The position numbers and the translations under genes are program-made. The notes under the pieces are model-generated. The model had not been told where the DNA came from. It was given only the letters and a program-made list of their open reading frames with translations, and did not search any database. Source: a virus. Taken from it: 35,972 nt of DNA. The stretch lies in IMG/VR virus record IMGVR_UViG_3300045988_035186, one strand, 5' to 3'. Shown here in pieces: positions 9,101 to 16,087 of the stretch. How positions within the stretch are numbered: position 1 is the stretch's first letter; every line of letters begins with the position of its first letter.

Positions 9101-10135
9101 TTGATTTGCCCAACTGTTTTGCGTTCGGGTAAAGTCACCTGTTGCATTATTGAGTTGGTCAAGCACAAAGTTATACCTAAGCGTTACCTTTTCAGCCTCG
9201 GTCATTTCCGATGTTGTCTTGCTCCAGCCGTTTGCCATTGCGTAATTGTCAAGTGCGTTCTGCGTCATTACAATGCCAAGGTCTTTGAGCGTTTCGGTTT
9301 CACCGCTGAAAACAGATTTCAGCTTTGTGTACGCCTCGTCTTGCGTTATGTTGTAAAATGACGCCACATCACCCGTAAGAGCCGTTAAGGCTGTTGACAT
9401 ATTAAATGCTTGCTGTTCCGTAAAGCCGAAAGCCTCTGCCATAGAGCCGAATGTACCGACATATTTTTTAGCCATAGTTTCGGATAAGCCGTAAGATTTT
9501 TGTGCTGACTTTGCCCAATCGTCCACACTTGCAGACATATGGCTGAAAGTAACATCAACTACATTCTGCACTTCTGCAAGGTCTGAGCCAAGCTCTATGC
9601 TTTCCTTGCTAAAACTTACAACCGCCGCCGTACCGAAAGCGGTAAGCAGCGTTCTGCCGATCATTTTCGCCTTGCTTTGCAGTCTGTCAACAGCCGTTCT
9701 GACTGTTTGTAATGATTGCTTAGCCTTTTTTGCACTCATAGAAACTGATTTCTTAACGCTTTCGCAAGTATCATTTGTGCTTTTGCCGACTGCCTCTGTG
9801 TTGCGATTAGCTGTGCTCTCAACCTTATCAACAACATTTTCGGCAGATTGCTCGACTGATTCTGATACCTTTTGCGCTGCCTGTGCGGTTTGCTTTGCCG
9901 AGTTTTGAGCCTGTTCAGCTTTTCCCTGTGTGGCAGTAATTTCACGCTTTGCTGAGTTTTCTGCCGCCTGAGACGATTTATCAGCCTGCCCTTTAGCAGT
10001 TTGTGCTGTCTGCCTTGCACCCGACTGTGCTTTCTTTTGAGCCGCCTCAATAGCTTTATTGATTCTTGCAATATCGCTGTTAAGACCGCTTGTGTCGATT
10101 TTTGTATTAAAAATCAAACTACCGTCAACCGCCAT
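6137..10135 (-). CDS. Tail tape measure protein
   Basis: 1332 aa. A/Q/K-rich coiled-coil N-terminus, TM-like segments, periodic W..G.G.K(I/V)W repeats (DNA about 8240..8610), and position after the chaperones. Confidence 0.9.
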   Translation of the reverse strand: MAVDGSLIFNTKIDTSGLNSDIARINKAIEAAQKKAQSGARQTAQTAKGQADKSSQAAENSAKREITATQGKAEQAQNSAKQTAQAAQKVSESVEQSAENVVDKVESTANRNTEAVGKSTNDTCESVKKSVSMSAKKAKQSLQTVRTAVDRLQSKAKMIGRTLLTAFGTAAVVSFSKESIELGSDLAEVQNVVDVTFSHMSASVDDWAKSAQKSYGLSETMAKKYVGTFGSMAEAFGFTEQQAFNMSTALTALTGDVASFYNITQDEAYTKLKSVFSGETETLKDLGIVMTQNALDNYAMANGWSKTTSEMTEAEKVTLRYNFVLDQLNNATGDFTRTQNSWANQTRILQLQFDSIKATIGQGLINAFTPLLNCINQFISRLSVAAQKFKDFTAQVFGYSTATSNATSSAVSDMSDLASQADSSTSEIEKTSEAAEDLQKNLAGFDELNVMSDTSDNSSDTSTQAPSSEIKSMQNALEQAMLESDRHTRKTIDNIVNSLDKVKTACVTIKNSWAKVWNNGTGEKVLGNINALINTFVSTVGDIAEAFTNAWDKAGLGDSVVQSFIDKWNSLVELLDTVGDTFRHVWNDGKGEKIWSNILEIIRNCNNYTETLRTKIKDAWEKNDTGRKIWESILGIVEDITGLLDEMSADRLEWLEDLDINPVAQAVERLTEGFRNLLKACGDKLKQAYKNVLLPLAKWTIEKAVPDLLNLFSEALETISDIVNKISPDMLKAVATGIGAVAAAVIAFKTGKTIASGISEVTSAVKNISSVISANPLLIIASAITGIVSAVQIYNELKWSNSEAKKFCDEIDDVKNRLENTTQKITDTIKNTLDKVDQLYADNTLIDEYQDKLETLISKAELTPEEQSELQTIVTYFKDNVSGFSDTWDNYVTISDGGKVELKGDLSEIQDEINNTIDQYQLLANSSALSELQTENSKSIISARKNQSELLSELNSKQTQIENKLKQSGKTYSWLINQYERYKNNSLKADDRIDAKNNIETVLGNGGYEEINSLMKLKNSYNECTAGLNKLIMTQDDMSDVQKVLKGDYSDAVAVLMTYKAGMISLEDVQNSQWKTLNKLEEAAKDSGKNTVMGLVEGTQEYQEALVKNSNGLANTILREYDSAMDIHSPSKEMYKRGQYTVLGLVNGLSDTSIKVQSVITMMLKNIRKALEPIKTIFSNVFEPLYNIIKKPLNNVLTGLENFINGFISALNGMLSGVDTVANAIGKLFGQEWHAGQLDEVHIPKLATGTYVPANYGEFLAVLGDNKREAEVVSPISAMKQAMAEVLAEYGGTGNSGDIHITLTMPDGRVLFEAVADENNKIKKRTGRSAFA

Positions 10136-10193
10136 GTAATCACACTCCTTTCTGTAAAATTAAGGGCGCAGCAAAATGCGGCCCCTTGTGGTA

Positions 10194-10224
10194 TAAAAAC
10201 AGCGCACACCCAAAGATGTACGCT
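10194..10224 (-). terminator. Intrinsic terminator downstream of the moron, upstream of the tape measure gene
   Basis: Minus strand AGCGTACA-TCTTTGGG-TGTGCGCT followed by GTTTTTATAC. Confidence 0.65.
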
Positions 10225-10243
10225 GTAAAATTTGAAAAATTTT

Positions 10244-10269
10244 AGCCACCCCGTTTGGAGTGGCTTTTT
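10244..10269 (+). terminator. Terminator-like hairpin whose T-tract is on the plus strand (possibly bidirectional)
   Basis: AGCCACCCC-GTTT-GGAGTGGCT followed by TTTTT on the plus strand. On the minus strand it is followed by AAAATTTTT. Confidence 0.5.
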
Positions 10270-10310
10270 AATTGAAGATAGATTAAAGGATTGCGACTGT
10301 CAGCTTATTT

Positions 10311-10766
10311 TTATGGTCGCCAATGACAGTTAGGACATTCTGCAATGTCATTATAGGAATTTATACAATGACATTGTGGGCATTCCCACTTATCATTACT
10401 AACAAACTTTGCTTGTCGGCTGTCGGTATGTTCCAAATGACAGTTAGAGCATTCGGTAGCCTCTGCTTTGTTCATACAATGACATTTAGGACATTCCCAA
10501 TCTGTTGTTTTGGCGATTACTGAGCTTTTACCTGCACCCAACTCTTCAAGATAAGCAAGTATTTTAGCAATACCGCCAAAAATCAGGCATAATAATACTG
10601 TTGATACCCAGCATACAAGCATTAAAGTAAAATTAAAACTGCGGGTTACGGTATCAGTTAGAAAATTTGTATGTACGCTTTGGAAAACTGCGCCTAAAGC
10701 TATTCCTCCGACTGCACCAAGTATCAATAGTACGACTGTTATACCTTTGTAAAATTTGCTGTTCAT
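10311..10766 (-). CDS. Moron: membrane protein with 2 TM helices and two RanBP2-type zinc fingers
   Basis: 151 aa. TM1 is GITVVLLILGAVGGIALGAVF and TM2 is FTLMLVCWVSTVLLCLIFGGIAKIL. WECPKCHCMNKAEATECSNCH fits W-x-C-x2-C-x3-N-x6-C-x2-C, and WECPQCHCINSYNDIAECPNCH fits the same pattern with x7. The gene has its own consensus promoter and RBS AAAGGAG. Confidence 0.7.
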   Translation of the reverse strand: MNSKFYKGITVVLLILGAVGGIALGAVFQSVHTNFLTDTVTRSFNFTLMLVCWVSTVLLCLIFGGIAKILAYLEELGAGKSSVIAKTTDWECPKCHCMNKAEATECSNCHLEHTDSRQAKFVSNDKWECPQCHCINSYNDIAECPNCHWRP

Positions 10767-10779
10767 AAAATCACTCCTT

Positions 10780-10832
10780 TGTTACATAATATAACAAAGT
10801 TTGTGTATTGTCAACAATAATTTTATGTAACA
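10780..10832. repeat. 10-bp perfect inverted repeat bracketing the moron promoter
   Basis: TGTTACATAA (10780..10789) and TTATGTAACA (10823..10832). An inner palindrome ACAAACTTTGT lies in the spacer. Confidence 0.7.
10786..10814 (-). promoter_or_regulatory. Consensus sigma-70 promoter of the moron
   Basis: Minus strand TTGACA (10814..10809), 17 nt, TATTAT (10791..10786). The leader to the start codon at 10766 is very short. Confidence 0.7.
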
Positions 10833-10833
10833 C

Positions 10834-11391
10834 CTATACAAGATTGTTTATAAAATCCTCTTCGGCGTCAAGTTCTGCTTGCTGTTCGGGAGAGAGCTTT
10901 TCCTTGATGTCAACAAGCTCTTTGTGCTCATTGTAAAAATCACGCTCCCATTTTTCAAGCTTTTTGCCCTTAGCACGCTTGCCTCTTATGTTCATTACCT
11001 GCGAGAGCAAGCCGTCGCCAACCTCGCTGAAATAGCCGAGAAAAGTCCACCAATGCACATAGCTTGCAATCCTTGTTTCAAAGCCTGCAACCTTGTTAAG
11101 TGCTGGGAAAATAATGCTTTCGTCATAGCTCCAATCAATAATTTTGACTGGAGCTTTTTTCGATTTCGGCACATCCCCGCCGTCAAGAAACCACAATGCC
11201 TTTTTGAGTGCCTCCTCAACATTCTTTGGAACTTCCTTGTATAAGCAATTCAAGCATACTGCCGCTTTTTCGCAGTAGGTTAGCTCTTTGTCGGCATAAG
11301 CCTCGAAAATCAAGAGAGCAATACGAAAATCGGAATTAATCTCGTACTGCTCTCCGTCTATTTCAAGGCTTGTAGGAAGTAATCCAATCAC
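10834..11391 (-). CDS. Phage Gp15-family protein (tail assembly chaperone-position gene 2)
   Basis: 185 aa. LPTSLEIDGEQYEINSDFRIALLIFEAY is typical of the Phage_Gp15 family. The GTG start overlaps the upstream stop (GTGA). Confidence 0.6.
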   Translation of the reverse strand: MIGLLPTSLEIDGEQYEINSDFRIALLIFEAYADKELTYCEKAAVCLNCLYKEVPKNVEEALKKALWFLDGGDVPKSKKAPVKIIDWSYDESIIFPALNKVAGFETRIASYVHWWTFLGYFSEVGDGLLSQVMNIRGKRAKGKKLEKWERDFYNEHKELVDIKEKLSPEQQAELDAEEDFINNLV

Positions 11392-11813
11392 TTTGCAAGC
11401 CTCTTTGCTTGATTGAGGTACTTCTCAATATGTTTGCTCTGCTGAGCGTGTGCGTTTTCAATGTCACTTACGATGACCGGCACAACGCAGTTGAGAAAGT
11501 TCTCAAAAATCATACTGCCATCATCACAGATTGAAAGGCAATTTACATCGCCAAACGCACCCTGACTTACACCTGCACCGAGAACATAGTCTATTTCTTT
11601 GCGGATTTCCTTGTCAACATCAAGAAAAATTTCAAAGGTTACATCCTCGGGTTTCATATTCTTGTACTTCTGCACAAGCGCTTCGGTGCGTTCTGTCAGC
11701 TTGTTAATTCGCTCAACGAGTGAGTAGTCTGTGGTGTTAATCTTGATTACCGTGCTTTCATCATTGTTGATTGCATATGTTTTTAAGGGTGTTTTAAAAT
11801 TCAAACTCTGCAT
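11388..11813 (-). CDS. Tail assembly chaperone-position protein
   Basis: 141 aa, acidic, directly downstream of the major tail protein. Confidence 0.5.
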   Translation of the reverse strand: MQSLNFKTPLKTYAINNDESTVIKINTTDYSLVERINKLTERTEALVQKYKNMKPEDVTFEIFLDVDKEIRKEIDYVLGAGVSQGAFGDVNCLSICDDGSMIFENFLNCVVPVIVSDIENAHAQQSKHIEKYLNQAKRLAK

Positions 11814-11824
11814 AGAATCACTCC

Positions 11825-12331
11825 TTATACAGTTTCGGTAAATGTCGGTACCTTATCTGAGATTGTCGCTGTACCCTGCTTTCTGTTGCCGTCAAATGTA
11901 ACATTAAACGGAATGTTTACACCGCCCTGCGCACCGCCGTATGACTGCGGCTTAACAATGCAGTCCTCAATCCAAGCATCATAAGGGCCTGTTTTCTTGT
12001 CAATGAGCACTTCAAGAATTTTGGTTTTGCAGTCATCACCGGTAAGGCGGTTCATTGCAATATCCTTGATTTTCGGGTAAATGCTGTCACCTGTATTTGC
12101 GTAATATGTACCTGCGTCAAGGGTAGGCTCGTAGCCATTGTCATTTACAGAGGTTTCATCAAGAATGTTCTTTACTGTGCTTGTGTCCGGACTAAGCTCG
12201 ACCGACATATCGTCAATGTCCTTGCCGATAAGATACCACTTTGGACTTTCGCCTGTGCCAAAGCTCGCGTCAATAAAATGTAAAAGGTAACTTCTTTTGA
12301 GTTTACCGATATCGGGTGTTGATACTGCCAT
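11825..12331 (-). CDS. Major tail protein
   Basis: 168 aa. The position, size and beta-rich sequence (WYLIGKDIDDMSVELSPDT...) resemble Firmicute siphovirus major tail proteins. Confidence 0.7.
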   Translation of the reverse strand: MAVSTPDIGKLKRSYLLHFIDASFGTGESPKWYLIGKDIDDMSVELSPDTSTVKNILDETSVNDNGYEPTLDAGTYYANTGDSIYPKIKDIAMNRLTGDDCKTKILEVLIDKKTGPYDAWIEDCIVKPQSYGGAQGGVNIPFNVTFDGNRKQGTATISDKVPTFTETV

Positions 12332-12346
12332 AATAATTCCTCACTT

Positions 12347-12775
12347 TCAATTTTCAATAGTGTATTGGGCGGTGATTTGCAATTGGTACTGCACACCGCC
12401 GTTGTTGTTTTCGTCAGGTATGCTGTAAAGCATTCCGTTTGAGCAAGTGAGTTTTTTAAGCTCACCGCATAAAACGTTGTCGCCGACTTCAACTTCTATG
12501 TCACCCTCTGCGTGCCGTTCAAGCCACATTTGCAGTTCAAGCAACATTCCACTGTTTACAAGTCGGTCATAATCGTTGAGCGACTGACAGGTAGCGTACA
12601 GGATAAAGGTGTGATTGCGTATTTGATTTCCTAAAATATCTTCGCTGACAAGCGTGTCACCTGTCGGAGAAAGTCCAAAATCCTGTACCTTATTTGTTGA
12701 ATAATCAATGTGCACAAGCTCGCCGATTTTCGGAAACTCCTGCACAACGGACCTTACAAGTTCGATTATATTCAT
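12347..12775 (-). CDS. Head-tail joining / tail completion protein ('minor capsid 3'-type position)
   Basis: 142 aa, ATGA overlap with the upstream gene, synteny between the major capsid and major tail genes. Confidence 0.45.
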   Translation of the reverse strand: MNIIELVRSVVQEFPKIGELVHIDYSTNKVQDFGLSPTGDTLVSEDILGNQIRNHTFILYATCQSLNDYDRLVNSGMLLELQMWLERHAEGDIEVEVGDNVLCGELKKLTCSNGMLYSIPDENNNGGVQYQLQITAQYTIEN

Positions 12776-13290
12776 TTTGCATTACTCCCAAGTCTTCTTG
12801 CCGCCGCTTGCAGAATATCTCCTTTGCGGTCGGCTTTCATTCGCTCAAACCACATTTTGCCCGCAAGCGGGTGCTTGTCCTTGCTGTACTGAATATCTCT
12901 GCCTGTCGGGTGTTTTTTCTTGCCTTTAGGACTTCGCCAACCGATTATAATGCCGTCACCGCTATAGCGTCCGAATACGATATGCTCCGTACCGTCTTTT
13001 TCTCGCACGATCGGATAGTTAGGACCATACACTTTGCCATAGTAAAGATACCTTGCATAAGGTGTAACCTGTTTGATTTCTCCACTGCCTATAACGGTAT
13101 GTATAGTTGCTGAATTTTCGAGTACGCCGATTTTAAAAGGTGTGTACGGCTTCATCAGCTTAATGCAATCCTCGTCAACCTCTTTTTGAGCAAGTAACAG
13201 GTTATTATTCAGATTGCCTGCAAAGTTCTTGCTCCACTTGAGAGAAAGAGTGCCGCTAACATCAGACGGCTGATTCACATTAAAAAGCAT
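12772..13290 (-). CDS. Head-tail joining protein ('minor capsid 2'-type)
   Basis: 172 aa. The C-terminus ...DIQYSKDKHPLAGKMWFERMKADRKGDIL is typical of this Firmicute phage family. Confidence 0.5.
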   Translation of the reverse strand: MLFNVNQPSDVSGTLSLKWSKNFAGNLNNNLLLAQKEVDEDCIKLMKPYTPFKIGVLENSATIHTVIGSGEIKQVTPYARYLYYGKVYGPNYPIVREKDGTEHIVFGRYSGDGIIIGWRSPKGKKKHPTGRDIQYSKDKHPLAGKMWFERMKADRKGDILQAAARRLGSNAK

Positions 13291-13294
13291 TTAA

Positions 13295-13720
13295 TCACCT
13301 CGCAGATACTTTGATGTGCTGTAAATCCGCAGGGCCGTAAAGCAAACGGTCAATACTCATTACTGTGTGAATTTCGTATTTGTCACGCAAGGTTTTTAGG
13401 CTCTCTGATACGCTCCTGTCGCTTGAATTATCAAAGATGAAATTACACTCACCTTTTACAATAATGTCTTGAGAGGGGGACAAAGGGGATATATCAGCGT
13501 TTGGAAACAGACCGTTGCTCGGAAATAAAAAATCATTCGGAGCAAGAACAAGCGCATTTAACGGAATGTATATAGCTATTCCGTCAGCGTTCTGCATTCC
13601 GCTTTTAAGTACGTTAGCGGCTTTGCACTCCTGCCAATGGCAATGCGGAATAATAAGCCTGTCAAACCCTTTGCCGTTAAATCTGTAAAGGGTCATCATA
13701 GTATCCGTAAACATAATCAA
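13295..13720 (-). CDS. Head closure / connector protein (by position)
   Basis: 141 aa; synteny only. Confidence 0.4.
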   Translation of the reverse strand: MIMFTDTMMTLYRFNGKGFDRLIIPHCHWQECKAANVLKSGMQNADGIAIYIPLNALVLAPNDFLFPSNGLFPNADISPLSPSQDIIVKGECNFIFDNSSDRSVSESLKTLRDKYEIHTVMSIDRLLYGPADLQHIKVSAR

Positions 13721-14085
13721 ACACCTCTGTACAAAAGGTCTGTGTCTGCAAGATACTTATATACTGCGGATTTAACACATCGTGTAAGTTGCTTTTTGCG
13801 AACCTCACAGCTTTCATACGAGCGTGACACATCTCCGACTTTTTCTGATGTTATGCCCTCACTGCCGCTCATATTATCGGCTTTATACATCAGCTCTGCG
13901 ACCTCACAGCAACAAAGTTTCACAGGCTCGATTATATCTTTTGTATCGTCAATATTTGAGCCTGTGTAAGCATTAATAATAAGCGTTGCATCTCTTGCGT
14001 AGTAGGCAAAAGCGGAGGTAATGACCGCTTTTCTGCCACATAGATATTCGGATTTATAATAGTTTTCGTCAGCGTAAACGGTCAA
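13717..14085 (-). CDS. Head-tail connector (gp6/gp15-like) protein
   Basis: ORF 13717..14160. The likely start is the TTG at 14085 (RBS AGAAGGTG, 6-nt spacer), just after the capsid gene stop, giving 122 aa. Confidence 0.45.
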   Translation of the reverse strand: MTVYADENYYKSEYLCGRKAVITSAFAYYARDATLIINAYTGSNIDDTKDIIEPVKLCCCEVAELMYKADNMSGSEGITSEKVGDVSRSYESCEVRKKQLTRCVKSAVYKYLADTDLLYRGV

Positions 14086-14098
14086 TATTAACACCTTC

Positions 14099-14977
14099 TT
14101 AAGCCTTAGCGGCAGCGTGGAGATAAATGCCCGCTGTCTTATTTTCGTAAACATCTGCAATGCCTACCATTCTGTAACCGAACTTGTAACCGTCCGAATC
14201 CTGATTCACAGCAGGTTCGATGACCTTGGTATCAAGGTGCTTTGTAAACTGAATAAGCGCAGGCTTATGAATAATCATAAAGTTGATGTTTGAGGCGGCA
14301 GTGGCTTTCTGATAGCCGCCCTTGGTCTTGCCGCTTGATGTGCCGTCAAGCTGTTCAATCGCTGTATAAAAGCGTGTCTGCGGCACTGTGATAATCTTAG
14401 CAAATCTGCTGAGAACCTCTCTTGACTTTGTTGTGTCCAAATCCTGCACAAGTCCGTAAAGAGTTGGTGTAATGTAAAGGTAACGCTGCTCGTACGGAAC
14501 TTCGTCCTCGTCCATCTGAGTAGTACCCTTGCGGAGTGCCTCGATTACTGCCGCACCTGTGGTAAGGTTTGCAGGTGTGGCAGAGGTAATACCTGCGTGA
14601 CTTGCGTATGCAGCAAAGCGAAATGCGTCAAGCTCCGGCACAACCTTGGTGCGGATAAATTCGCCCGAAAGTCTGCCGAACGCAACGCCTGCGGTTTCTA
14701 CATTGTCCATTGTATCAACAGTAAACATTCTGCCACGGTCGAAGTTACATTTAACCGTTTCGTTAGTAAGGGTAACATCGCCGCCAACATATCCGCTGTT
14801 ACGGGAATAATTTGCAAGTCCGTCCATTGAAATCATTGGAATAATAAGTTCATTGGAGTTTGCGCCCGCTGTCGCAAGGTCGGACGCACCGTCAAGTTCG
14901 CTTGTAAGTGAACTCTGCTTGTAAACCTCGTCAAGCAAAGTAGTGTAAGTTTTAAAAAGTGCAATAGAATTTGCCAT
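14099..14977 (-). CDS. Major capsid protein
   Basis: 292 aa, RBS GAGGTGA, follows the scaffold gene. MANSIALFKTYTTLLDEVYKQ...MFTVDTMDNVE... resembles SPP1-group capsid proteins. Confidence 0.8.
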   Translation of the reverse strand: MANSIALFKTYTTLLDEVYKQSSLTSELDGASDLATAGANSNELIIPMISMDGLANYSRNSGYVGGDVTLTNETVKCNFDRGRMFTVDTMDNVETAGVAFGRLSGEFIRTKVVPELDAFRFAAYASHAGITSATPANLTTGAAVIEALRKGTTQMDEDEVPYEQRYLYITPTLYGLVQDLDTTKSREVLSRFAKIITVPQTRFYTAIEQLDGTSSGKTKGGYQKATAASNINFMIIHKPALIQFTKHLDTKVIEPAVNQDSDGYKFGYRMVGIADVYENKTAGIYLHAAAKA

Positions 14978-14995
14978 AAATTTTCACCTCATTAA

Positions 14996-15556
14996 TTATT
15001 TTTCGTCTGTACTAAGTCCCATTGCCGCCCTCATACTTGCGAGCGGATTAGACTTAATGCCTGCATTTCCTGTATTTTTCACAGGATTTTGGAAAGGCTC
15101 GTCCGAGCCGAACATATAGCCGTTTTCGGATTTCACGCTTTCAAGAGCCTTAGTAATATCGTCTGCCTGATTTTTTGATGTTTTAAGACTGTCAAGGTCA
15201 AGCAGAGCCTTAACCGCCTTTGCGTTTCTCGCACCGCTCTTTGAAATAGCGCCGTCAAGTACAGAGTTAAACTCCATATCGGCAATTTTTGTCTGATACT
15301 CGGTTTCTTTGTCTTTAAGGTTTGTGTTGAGCTTTGCAATCTCGCCTTTAAGATTTTCGACATCTACGCCCTCAAACTCTTTAAGTGCTGTCTGTGCTGT
15401 TTCAAGCTGTGATTTGTAATTATCTCTTGCGGTTGTGATTTTTTCAACCTCTGCAACAGTCTTGTAATTTGCAAGCACCGCCTTGTCAAACTCTGCCTTT
15501 TTCTCATCGGGAATCGTAATACCGATTTCAGAGAGAAGTGTGTGTATGTTCTTCAT
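14996..15556 (-). CDS. Scaffolding protein (GP20-like)
   Basis: ORF 14996..15655. The likely start is the ATG at 15556 (MKNIHTLLSEIGITIPDEKKAEFDKAV...), giving 186 aa, helical and charged, upstream of the capsid gene. Confidence 0.7.
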   Translation of the reverse strand: MKNIHTLLSEIGITIPDEKKAEFDKAVLANYKTVAEVEKITTARDNYKSQLETAQTALKEFEGVDVENLKGEIAKLNTNLKDKETEYQTKIADMEFNSVLDGAISKSGARNAKAVKALLDLDSLKTSKNQADDITKALESVKSENGYMFGSDEPFQNPVKNTGNAGIKSNPLASMRAAMGLSTDEK

Positions 15557-15632
15557 AATATAAATCCTTTCTGCATAGCTTATATTCCGCTTTGCCTGCG
15601 GTAGAAATTCAGCCGTATAAACCAACGGCGGG

Positions 15633-15671
15633 GTAAAATAAAAGCACCTATGCAATCAAATGCAAGGGTGC
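15633..15671 (-). terminator. Intrinsic terminator directly after the 52-aa ORF
   Basis: Minus strand GCACCCTTGCA-TTTGAT-TGCATAGGTGC (imperfect stem) followed by TTTTATTTTAC. Confidence 0.55.
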
Positions 15672-15830
15672 TTAATCTGCTTTATTTTTGTTGTCTTCAA
15701 CCTCAATAACAAAACCTCTGTCAATAAGGCTTTTCGCTCGGTCTTTGGTACATTCAAAGACTTCATTGACAGGTCTGTTGATAAGACCGTTCATTTTATC
15801 GTTAAACGACACAACTACTTTTACTTTCAT
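15672..15830 (-). CDS. Small hypothetical protein (52 aa), below the ORF-track cutoff
   Basis: ATG at 15830 with RBS GAAAGGCGGTGA. MKVKVVVSFNDKMNGLINRPVNEVFECTKDRAKSLIDRGFVIEVEDNKNKAD. Bracketed by terminators. Confidence 0.5.
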   Translation of the reverse strand: MKVKVVVSFNDKMNGLINRPVNEVFECTKDRAKSLIDRGFVIEVEDNKNKAD

Positions 15831-15857
15831 TTTGTCACCGCCTTTCTGATTTTGGGT

Positions 15858-15892
15858 ATTAAAAAAGCACTCAATCTGATTGATTAAGTGCT
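15858..15892 (-). terminator. Strong intrinsic terminator (second of a tandem pair after MuF)
   Basis: Minus strand AGCACTTAAT-CAATCAG-ATTGAGTGCT (10 bp, one G-U pair) followed by TTTTTTAATA. Confidence 0.8.
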
Positions 15893-15912
15893 AATCTCTG
15901 TATTAAATTCAC

Positions 15913-15941
15913 GCATAACAAAACCGCCCACAAGGAGCGGT
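15913..15941 (-). terminator. Intrinsic terminator (first of the tandem pair after MuF)
   Basis: Minus strand ACCGCTC-CTTGT-GGGCGGT followed by TTTTGTTATG. The stem overlaps the stop codon of the acidic mini-ORF. Confidence 0.7.
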
Positions 15942-16087
15942 TAGTCTTCTTCCAAGTAGTCAAATTCACTCGACATTGAGCGTTCTTTTTCTTCGTCTGT
16001 TAATGTAGAAAGAAATTCTTCCATACATTTTATTTGCAATTCAATAGGTCCGTCGATAATTGCGTTTCTTGATTTATTTTCTTCCAC
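15941..16087 (-). CDS. Candidate acidic mini-ORF after the MuF C-terminal module (48 codons from GTG 16087, or 27 from ATG 16024)
   Basis: VEENKSRNAIIDGPIELQIKCMEEFLSTLTDEEKERSMSSEFDYLEED. It overlaps the MuF stop. Coding status is uncertain. Confidence 0.3.
   Translation of the reverse strand: MEENKSRNAIIDGPIELQIKCMEEFLSTLTDEEKERSMSSEFDYLEED

Noticed and set aside
6387-10228. Series of plus-strand ORFs (6387..6830, 7833..8315, 8319..8879, 9101..9361, 9597..9908, 10001..10228) and nested minus-strand ORFs inside the tape measure gene
   Set aside because: All lie within the single 1332-aa tape measure frame. They have the low-complexity Ser/Leu/Cys-rich composition typical of antisense or off-frame reads, with no RBS and no motifs.
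10834-11813. Expected programmed translational frameshift between the two tail chaperone genes
   Set aside because: The two ORFs overlap by GTGA with an independent start. I saw no slippery heptamer near the end of 11388..11813, so no frameshift product is claimed.
12172-13113. Alternative-frame ORFs in the head-tail connector region (12172..12492 minus; 12694..13113, 12708..12929 and 12710..12892 plus)
   Set aside because: They overlap tightly packed, translationally coupled structural genes, with no independent signals.
15660-15887. 75-aa plus-strand ORF
   Set aside because: The region is better explained by a minus-strand 52-codon ORF with an RBS (15672..15830) and flanking minus-strand terminators. 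The plus-frame product is hydrophobic junk with no RBS.
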